Assembly (NCBI GenBank): GCA_046734515.1
Contig: JBKPRI010000269.1
Span: forward strand, 1 to 49,001
Reading direction: 5' to 3'
DNA length: 49,001 nucleotides
Source: Candidatus Methylomirabilota bacterium
Lineage (GTDB): Bacteria; Methylomirabilota; Methylomirabilia; Rokubacteriales; CSP1-6
In this document: positions 1 through 6,864 of the stretch, piece by piece
Layout: each line of letters begins with the position of its first letter
Numbering within the stretch: the stretch's first letter is position 1
Position numbers and translations under genes: made by a program
Notes under the pieces: model-generated
Seen by the model: the letters and a program-made list of their open reading frames with translations, nothing else
What the model was told of the DNA's origin: nothing
Databases searched by the model: none

Positions 1-220
1 GCGCCTGCTCGTCGCTGACCGTCGCGTTCACCGTACCGCGCGGCGCCTGCTCGTCGCTGACCGTCGCGTTCACCGTACCGCGCGGCGCCTGCTCGTCGCT
101 GACCGTCGCGTTCGCCGTACCGCGCGGCGCCTGCTCGTCGCTGACCGTCGCGTTCACCGTACCGCGCGGCGCCTGCTCGTCACCAATGGTCGCCTCGGCG
201 CGTGGAGCCTGCTCGTCCTC
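1..220. repeat. 42-bp tandem repeat: 4 near-identical copies plus degenerate copies
   Basis: Units at 1-42, 43-84, 85-126 and 127-168 are identical except one substitution in unit 3 (ttcGcc vs ttcAcc). Degenerate copies continue to about 220. The period of 42 is 14 codons, in frame with the minus-strand CDS, and there are no spacers, so this is not a CRISPR array. Confidence 0.9.
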
Positions 221-313
221 CGTGGAGGCTGCCAGCGCCGGCGTCCGGCCGACCGTGGCGAACGTGAGGAACACCGCGCTCACTACCGTCGCGAACGTCT
301 TGAAGGTCTTCAT
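1..313 (-). CDS. secreted tandem-repeat protein, 5' part only (gene runs off the left edge)
   Basis: ATG at 313-311 on the minus strand, with AGGAGG 9 nt upstream (cctcct at 323-328 on plus). The frame is open to the window edge, so it is absent from the ORF track (no stop in window). Translation MKTFKTFATVVSAVFLTFATVGRTPALA/AS is a signal peptide with an AXA site, followed by repeated DEQAPRGTVNATVS units. Confidence 0.65.
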   Translation of the reverse strand, partial: MKTFKTFATVVSAVFLTFATVGRTPALAASTEDEQAPRAEATIGDEQAPRGTVNATVSDEQAPRGTANATVSDEQAPRGTVNATVSDEQAPRGTVNATVSDEQA

Positions 314-402
314 GATCTCGTTCCTCCTTGCGCCTTAGGACGCCCCGCGCGGCGCGGAGGTTTCGGGGCAGAATGCCCGATTCCATCGGCGGGCGCTCAG
401 CC

Positions 403-3228
403 CTATCGCCAGGAGGCCAGCAACGTCTTGGCTGTCACGAGATCGACAGTCGCGAAACCTTCCGTGAATCGCCCATACACGGGCGCCAGCGTCTTGCGAG
501 CCTGCGTCGTCCGGCGTTGTCGACGGAACAGACGGGCAAGACTGATCGCCGCACGGAGCTCCCACGCGAGCGCTTCCTGGCTTCGCGCCCAGTCGATCGC
601 CTTCACGAAAGACTCCTCGGCCTCGGCGGGGTCGCCCGGCGTGTCGCGAAGGAGGAGGAGCTCGCCCTTCTTGCGCAGCAGCTCGGCGAAGCACCAGCGC
701 TCGTCGAGGATCTCCGAACGCTCGAGCGCCTCGTCGATGAGCGTGAGGCCTTCGCCGATCCGCCCGGCCGCGGCAAGACCTTCGGCCAGCTCACCGCGCA
801 GCATGTTCCGGTGCAGATGGAACGCGGCGGGGGTCAGGGCCGCAAGCCCGGCCTGCAGCAGCGGCACGCCGGCGGCGGCATTTTCCTGCTTGATGAGGAC
901 CATGCCCTCGTAGCACTGGCCCCACACGCCCCAGCCCGTCATGGCGTGCTTCGCCGAGAGGTCACGAACCTCCTGGATGAAGCGTCGCCCGCTCGCGAGG
1001 TCACCCGCGTACAGGGCGAGCGGACACGCCGCCTCGAACAGCGCGTACAGCAGTGAGATGACGTGATCGGCCGCGCGCGCGAAGTCGACCAGGCCGGCGA
1101 CGGTCCGCAGCGCCTGGTCGGGACAGCCCTGCACCCACAGGATGCGGGCGTGATAGCAGTGCGTCACGACCCGCTGGTCGAAGTGATACCGAAGGATGTG
1201 CAGCCGGCGATTCTCCGCGAAGTCCGCCTCGAGCAGCGGGTCGAGGCGTCGCCGGGCAGCCGGCTGGTCACCGAGGCCGTGCAGGATGGCCGCGACCAGT
1301 CGCTCGGCGATCAGGACGTCGCTGGGGTCGCCCGTCTTGACGGCAATGGCGCGAAGCTTGCCGGCGAGCGTCAGCGCGTCGCGATAGTCACCATTGACGA
1401 ATCGATGAACGCACAGGCAGTACGTCGCTCGCAGACGGTATTCGGTGTCGTCCAGCGCCTCGGCCAGCTCGAGGGCGTGTGTCGAAGCCGTGCTCATCTC
1501 CGGGCTGCCGATGCCCCGCGTGTGCAACAGCGCGGTGCCGAGCGCGTGGAAGAGGCGCATGTCGCGGCGGGAGTCGGCGGGTACGCCGGGGCCGAGGCGC
1601 GCGAGCGCCTGCTCGACGCGGGCACGACACTCCGTCATCAACGACAGGTGCGTCCACAACGGCACCGCCGCCACCGTCAGCGCGACCCCGATCGCCCGAT
1701 CCCCGGCCGGCGAGAACGCCCAGTCCAGCGCGATCCGAACGTTGTCGACCTGACGGCCGTACACCGCCAGCCAGTCGGCTGGAGCGCCCGTGGCATCCGT
1801 CAGGTCGATGCGCTCGCAGGCCTTGAGCTGGTACTCCGCGTGACGCCGGGCCATCGCGGCGAATTCGCCGCACTCGACGAGCTTCTCGGCCGCGTAGGCG
1901 CGGGTGCTTTCGAGCAGCCGGTACTCGGGGACCACGCCGGAGAGATCGGCCGTGATCAATGACTTCGAGACCAGGGCCCCGAGCGCATCGATGACGTCGT
2001 CAGAGGACATGTCCTCCGCGGCCGCGACGTCTCCGGCCGCGGCGCCATCGAAGCCCCCCGCGAAGATCGAAAGCCGCGCCAGCCCGCTTCGCTCGCGCTC
2101 GGAGAGCAGACCGTAGCTCCAGTCGAGCGTCGCCCGCAGCGTCTGCTGGCGCTGCAGCGCGGTCCGATTGCCTCTCGTCAGGACCGCGAAGCGATCGTCC
2201 AGCCGGGCGGCGATGCCCTCCACGCCGAACGACGGGACGCGCGCGGCGGCCAGCTCGATGGCGAGCGGCATTCCATCCAGGCGCCGGCAGATCGCGCTCA
2301 CGACCGACACGACGCTCGCGTCCGGCGTGAACTGCGGCTCGACGGCGCGGGCACGGGCGACGAAGAGTCTCACGGCGTCCCCGGTGTCCTCGTGCTCGGC
2401 CGGCATCGCCAGCGACGGCACCCGGTAGACGTGCTCTCCGGTCGCCCGCAGCGGCTCGCGGCTCGTGGCCAGCAACGCGAGTCCCGGCGCGACGCTCAGC
2501 AGCGTCTCGGCGAGGCGCGCCGCGCCCTCGATCAGGTGCTCGCAGTTGTCGAGCACGAGCAGGAGCCGCCGCGTGCCGAGGGCGGCGCCGATCCCCGCCG
2601 CCGAGACCGCATCGGCCACGAGCGGCAACCCGAGCGAGGCCGCGACGGTCACCGGGATGAGATCGGGATTGCTCAGCGAGGCCAGCTCGGCGAGAAAGAC
2701 CCCGCCGGGAAATGCCGGGCCGAGCCGACGGGCCAGCTCGACCGCCAGCCGGGTCTTGCCGATGCCGCCGGCCCCGACGAGCGTGACGAGCCGATGCCTC
2801 GTGATCAGGCTCGCCACCGCCCCGAGCTCCGCCTCCCGGCCGATGAGCTCGGACAGAGGCGCCGGAATGTTGCTCAGCGGCGCCGCTGGAGCGCTCGCAG
2901 CCCGCGTCAGGCGGACCTCCCCGGTGAACTGGTAGCCACGCCCGGCCACGGTACGGATGAGACCGCGGTCGGCGCCAAGCGCTTTCCGGAGCATCGAGAT
3001 CTGAACCGCCAGGTTGTTCTCCTCGACGACCCGGTCCGGCCACACACGCCGCATCAGGGCTTCCTTGCTGAGGAAGGTGCCGGGGGCGTCGACCAGCGCC
3101 AGCAGGGTGTCGAAGGCCCGGTCTCCCAGCTCGACGGCGCCGCCATCGACGAGCAGCTGCCGGCGGGCGGGGACAAGGCGGAAACGTCCGAATTCCATGG
3201 CTTCCGGGTCGTCGGGCGGCAGCGCCAT
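403..3228 (-). CDS. one-component STAND regulator, paralog 1: N-terminal OmpR/PhoB-type winged-helix DNA-binding domain + P-loop NB-ARC-like NTPase + TPR-like helical C-terminus
   Basis: 941-aa ORF. The N-terminus [49 protein letters not shown] matches the trans_reg_C-type wHTH. Walker A is GAGGIGKTRLA and Walker B is [21 protein letters not shown] is NB-ARC-like, and a long helical repeat region follows. It is alignable end to end with the ORFs at 4014-6842 and 6865-9684. Confidence 0.85.
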   Translation of the reverse strand: MALPPDDPEAMEFGRFRLVPARRQLLVDGGAVELGDRAFDTLLALVDAPGTFLSKEALMRRVWPDRVVEENNLAVQISMLRKALGADRGLIRTVAGRGYQFTGEVRLTRAASAPAAPLSNIPAPLSELIGREAELGAVASLITRHRLVTLVGAGGIGKTRLAVELARRLGPAFPGGVFLAELASLSNPDLIPVTVAASLGLPLVADAVSAAGIGAALGTRRLLLVLDNCEHLIEGAARLAETLLSVAPGLALLATSREPLRATGEHVYRVPSLAMPAEHEDTGDAVRLFVARARAVEPQFTPDASVVSVVSAICRRLDGMPLAIELAAARVPSFGVEGIAARLDDRFAVLTRGNRTALQRQQTLRATLDWSYGLLSERERSGLARLSIFAGGFDGAAAGDVAAAEDMSSDDVIDALGALVSKSLITADLSGVVPEYRLLESTRAYAAEKLVECGEFAAMARRHAEYQLKACERIDLTDATGAPADWLAVYGRQVDNVRIALDWAFSPAGDRAIGVALTVAAVPLWTHLSLMTECRARVEQALARLGPGVPADSRRDMRLFHALGTALLHTRGIGSPEMSTASTHALELAEALDDTEYRLRATYCLCVHRFVNGDYRDALTLAGKLRAIAVKTGDPSDVLIAERLVAAILHGLGDQPAARRRLDPLLEADFAENRRLHILRYHFDQRVVTHCYHARILWVQGCPDQALRTVAGLVDFARAADHVISLLYALFEAACPLALYAGDLASGRRFIQEVRDLSAKHAMTGWGVWGQCYEGMVLIKQENAAAGVPLLQAGLAALTPAAFHLHRNMLRGELAEGLAAAGRIGEGLTLIDEALERSEILDERWCFAELLRKKGELLLLRDTPGDPAEAEESFVKAIDWARSQEALAWELRAAISLARLFRRQRRTTQARKTLAPVYGRFTEGFATVDLVTAKTLLASWR

Positions 3229-3252
3229 CGCGCCGGAGAGTGTACCGCCGCT

Positions 3253-3314
3253 TCAGGACTCTTCAGGACGACTCAGGCCGGCACAAAGACTCGCAAGCGC
3301 CCGCCTCATACGCT
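3253..3314 (+). promoter_or_regulatory. candidate activator-dependent promoter: three TCAGG repeats phased 10 bp + AAGACT-17 nt-TACGCT
   Basis: TCAGG starts at 3253, 3263 and 3273 (cTTCAGGACt cTTCAGGACg acTCAGGCCg). AAGACT at 3286-3291, a 17-nt spacer, then TACGCT at 3309-3314. It lies in the 121-bp divergent region between paralog 1 (ATG at 3228, minus) and the sigma gene (ATG at 3350). The same architecture recurs at 9708-9769. Confidence 0.5.
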
Positions 3315-3349
3315 GAGTCCCACGATCGCCAGTTATCAGGAGGGTTGCC

Positions 3350-4024
3350 ATGTACAGCTCAGCGATGCTTCCCGTGCTCGACAGCGCGATGCCCGTTCGA
3401 CGCGACACCACCGCCGCGCGCGTCGACCCCGACCGTGAGCTTCTTGCCGCGCTCCAGCGGCAAGATCCGGCGGCGGCCGAGCTCCTGGTCGCCCGGTACG
3501 CCGACCGGGCCTATCGCCTGGCCGTCGGGATCACGCGCAACCCGCGGGATGCCGAGGAAGCCGTGAACGACGCGTTCTGGAGCGTCGTTCGCAGGATCGA
3601 GACCTTCAGGGGCGACTCTGCGCTGGCGTCATGGATCTACCGCATCGTCGCCAACGCGGCCTACCTGAAGATTCGTCGGCAGGCGCGCCGGGGCGATGAG
3701 ATCCCGCTGGACGACGTTTTGCCGGCCTTCGACGAGGACGGCCGCCATGTCGGCCCGCTGCACGACTGGTCGAGCAGCGTCGACGACCCGGCCGTGCAGA
3801 TGCGGCTGCGCGAGGCGCTGCAGACGTCGATCGACGAGCTGCCGCCGGACTATCGTGCGGTCTTCGTCCTCCACGACGTGGAGGGCATGCTCCTGAGCGA
3901 GGTCGCGAGCTCGCTCGGCATCACGGTGGCGGCCGCCAAGGCCCGCTCGCACCGCGCAAGGCTCCTTCTCCGCAAGCGTCTCTCGGCGTTCATGGAAGAC
4001 GCCGCGCTGGCGCTCACGGCGTGA
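3350..4024 (+). CDS. ECF-type RNA polymerase sigma-70 family factor
   Basis: Region 2 is AEEAVNDAFWSVVRRIETFRGDSALASWIYRIVANAAYLKIRRQ. Region 4 is ELPPDYRAVFVLHDVEGMLLSEVASSLGITVAAAKARSHRARLLLRKRL. AGGAGG at 3337-3342 lies 7 nt before the ATG at 3350. Confidence 0.85.
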   Translation: MYSSAMLPVLDSAMPVRRDTTAARVDPDRELLAALQRQDPAAAELLVARYADRAYRLAVGITRNPRDAEEAVNDAFWSVVRRIETFRGDSALASWIYRIVANAAYLKIRRQARRGDEIPLDDVLPAFDEDGRHVGPLHDWSSSVDDPAVQMRLREALQTSIDELPPDYRAVFVLHDVEGMLLSEVASSLGITVAAAKARSHRARLLLRKRLSAFMEDAALALTA

Positions 4025-6842
4025 GGAGCGCCTTGGCGGCGATGAGATCCGGCGTCCCGAATCCCTCGGTGAATCGGCGGTACACCGGCGCCAGCGCTCG
4101 TCGAGCTGCGCCGGTCTGGCCCCGTCGCCGCTGGAGTCGGGCCAGGCTCATCGCGGCTCGAAGCTCCCACGTGAGCGCGCCCTGGCGCCGTGCCACGTCG
4201 GCGGCCTCGAGGAAGAAGCCTTCGGCGTCCTCCGCTGCGGTCGGCGCGCCGGTCAGCACGAGCAGCTCGCCCTTCTTGCGGAGGAGCTCCGCGTGGCACC
4301 ACCCCTCTTCGGTCCGCTCCACGCGCGCGAGTGCATCGTCGATGACCGTCACGGCCTCGCTCACCTGCCCCCGGGCGCCCAGGCCCTCCGCCAGCTCGGC
4401 CAGGAGCAGCGTTCGGTTCAGATAGAACGCGCCCTCGGGAAGTCCCCCGAGCGTCGAGCGCAGCAGCCGGCAGCCGGCTTCGCCCTCCCCGCGCTTGACG
4501 AGCAGCAGGCCCTCCAGGGAGTGTGCCCACAGACTCCAGGTGCTCAGCCCGCGTGTCGTGGCCAGCTCGCCGATGCGCTGCACGTAACGTTCGGCGGTCG
4601 CGAGATCGCCGGCATAGATCGCGATCGGACACGCGGCATGACCGAGCGTGTAGAGCAGTGACAGGTCGTGGCCTTCCGCATCCGCGTAGTCGACCATCTC
4701 GCGCGCGACGCCCATCGCCTGCTCGGCGAATCCCTGCAGCCAGCGAATGCGCGCGTACAAGCAGTGGATCACGACGCGCTGATCCCACTGGTAGCGGATG
4801 ATGTGCAGGCGGCGGGCCGCCGTGAAATCGGCGTCCAGCAACGGCTCGAAGCGCTGCGCGGCACCGTGCTGGTCCCCGAGCATGTGCAAGACCGTGCCGA
4901 CGAATCGCTCGCCGAGAAGCGCGTCGGTGGGGTCCGCGGTCCGGGCGGCGCCGGCGCGCAGGCTCTCGCCGAGCGCCAGGGCGCTGCGATAGTCGCCCAT
5001 GGTGAGGCGATAGAGATACAAGCCGAACAGCGCGCGCAGACGGTACTCGATGTCGTCCAGGCCCTCGGCGAGCTCGAGGGCCTTCGTCAGCGCCGCGATC
5101 ATGGCCGGGCTGCCGATGTCCAGCGTATGGATGGCGGTCGTGCCCAGTGCGAGATACAGTCGCACGTCGCGGGCCGCGTCCGCGGGCACGTCGCGCTCGA
5201 GCCGCTGAATGGCGTGCTCGACGCGCGCGCGGCATTCGCCCACCAGGGCCAGGCGCGTCCACATCGGCACCGCCGCCGCGGTCAGCGCCACGCCCACCGC
5301 GGCGTCGCCGGTCGCCGAGAACGCCCAGTCCAGCGCCACCCGGACGTTGTCGATGTGCTGGCCGTAGACGCGAAGCCAGTCCGCCGGCGGGCTCGCGGCC
5401 GAGGCGACCTCGTCACCCGGACACCCGGCGATGTAGTACTCCGCGTGACGCCGGGCGAAGCGGTCGAACTCCCCCGTGCCGACCAGCTTCTCCAGCGCGT
5501 ACGCCCGCATCGTCTCCTGGAGACGGTACTGGGTCAGGCCGTGGAAGTCGGCGGAGACCAGCGATTTCGAGACGAGGTCGGCCAGCGTGTCGACGACATC
5601 CGCCGGCGAGAGGCCCAGCCCCGAGGCGACGTCGGTCGCGGCGTCGATGGTGAACGCACCGGCGAACACCGCGAGGCGGCGCAAGACGATCCGTTCCTGC
5701 TCGGACAGCAGCTCGTAGCTCCAGTCGAGCGTCGCGCGCAGCGTTTGCTGCCGCGGCAGCGCCGCTCGGTTGCCGCTGGTGAGCAGCGTGAACCGGTCGT
5801 CCAGGCGGGCGGCAATGCCGGCGGCGCCGAGCGAGGGCACGCGGGCCGCGGCGAGCTCGATGGCGAGGGGCATGCCGTCCAGCCGGCGACAGATCGCCGC
5901 GACGACGCCGGGATCCGCGACGAACGCCGGCTCGGCCGCCAGCGCGCGGGTGATGAAGAGCCGCACGGCGTCGTGGCGAAGGACCTCGTCGACCTTTGCG
6001 TGCTCGGGGGGCATGGCGAGCGGCGGCACCCGGTACACGTGCTCACCGTCGACGCGGAGCGGCTCGCGGCTCGTCGTCAGCAGTACCACCGAGGGGCTCG
6101 AGGACAGCATCCCCTGCGCGACGCGCGCCGCGGCCTCGACGACGTGCTCGCAGTTGTCGAGCACCAGGAGGACGCGTCGCGCGCCGATGGCGGCGCCGAT
6201 CCGCTCGGGCGACACCGCGTCCGCGACCAGCGGGAGGTTCAGCGTCGCGGCCACCGTGCGCGCGACCCCATCGCCCGCGGTCAGCGGCGCGAGGTCCGCC
6301 AGCACCACGCCCTCGGCAAACGCCCGCACGAGCCGGCGCGCGACCTCCAGACCGAGACGCGTCTTGCCGATCCCGCCGGTTCCCGTCAGCGTGACGAGCC
6401 GATGCGTCGTCAGCAGGCTCATGACCTCGTGGATCTCGGCCTCGCGCCCGATCAGCTCGGAGACCGGCACCGGGAGCGTCGCCGCGGAGGGCCGTGCGGC
6501 GGCCGGGGCCCCCGCCGCGGGAACACGCACGTCCCCGGTGAACTGGTAACCGCGGCGCGCCACGGTGCGGATGAGATCGCGGTCGGCCCCGAGAATCTTG
6601 CGGAGTGTCGAGATCTGGATCTCGAGGTTGTTCTCCTCGACCACCCGATCCGGCCAGACGCGGCGCAGCAGCTCGTCCTTGCTCACGACCAGCCCGCGCG
6701 CGTCGACGAGGATCGACAAGGTGTCGAACGCCCGCCCCCCGAGCTCCACGGGCTGGCCGTCGGCGAGCAACTGCCGCGCGCGACGATCCAGCCGGAAGCG
6801 GCCGAACTCGATGCTCGAAGGCTGCGCGGCCTCGTCCGTCAT
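4014..6842 (-). CDS. one-component STAND regulator, paralog 2 (wHTH + NB-ARC-like P-loop NTPase + TPR-like)
   Basis: 942-aa ORF with the same motif order as paralog 1: [90 protein letters not shown]. It starts 22 nt downstream of the paralog 3 stop, so co-transcription is likely. Confidence 0.85.
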   Translation of the reverse strand: MTDEAAQPSSIEFGRFRLDRRARQLLADGQPVELGGRAFDTLSILVDARGLVVSKDELLRRVWPDRVVEENNLEIQISTLRKILGADRDLIRTVARRGYQFTGDVRVPAAGAPAAARPSAATLPVPVSELIGREAEIHEVMSLLTTHRLVTLTGTGGIGKTRLGLEVARRLVRAFAEGVVLADLAPLTAGDGVARTVAATLNLPLVADAVSPERIGAAIGARRVLLVLDNCEHVVEAAARVAQGMLSSSPSVVLLTTSREPLRVDGEHVYRVPPLAMPPEHAKVDEVLRHDAVRLFITRALAAEPAFVADPGVVAAICRRLDGMPLAIELAAARVPSLGAAGIAARLDDRFTLLTSGNRAALPRQQTLRATLDWSYELLSEQERIVLRRLAVFAGAFTIDAATDVASGLGLSPADVVDTLADLVSKSLVSADFHGLTQYRLQETMRAYALEKLVGTGEFDRFARRHAEYYIAGCPGDEVASAASPPADWLRVYGQHIDNVRVALDWAFSATGDAAVGVALTAAAVPMWTRLALVGECRARVEHAIQRLERDVPADAARDVRLYLALGTTAIHTLDIGSPAMIAALTKALELAEGLDDIEYRLRALFGLYLYRLTMGDYRSALALGESLRAGAARTADPTDALLGERFVGTVLHMLGDQHGAAQRFEPLLDADFTAARRLHIIRYQWDQRVVIHCLYARIRWLQGFAEQAMGVAREMVDYADAEGHDLSLLYTLGHAACPIAIYAGDLATAERYVQRIGELATTRGLSTWSLWAHSLEGLLLVKRGEGEAGCRLLRSTLGGLPEGAFYLNRTLLLAELAEGLGARGQVSEAVTVIDDALARVERTEEGWCHAELLRKKGELLVLTGAPTAAEDAEGFFLEAADVARRQGALTWELRAAMSLARLQRRRGQTGAARRALAPVYRRFTEGFGTPDLIAAKALLTP

Positions 6843-6864
6843 CGGCGTTGGATTGTACCGGCGC

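Noticed and set aside
1-220. Possible CRISPR array, suggested by regular repeats at the left edge
   Set aside because: The repeats are directly adjacent with no spacers. The period is 42 bp (14 codons), in frame within a signal-peptide-bearing CDS, so this is a coding tandem repeat.
328-3438. Plus-strand ORFs from 328 to 3438 (including 328-1056, 1063-1962 and 2392-3438) and several minus-strand out-of-frame ORFs overlapping STAND paralog 1
   Set aside because: Their translations are Arg/Gly/Pro/Ala-rich low complexity with no motifs. They lie antisense or out of frame to an ORF with clear wHTH, P-loop and TPR motifs, as is typical of shadow ORFs in GC-rich DNA.
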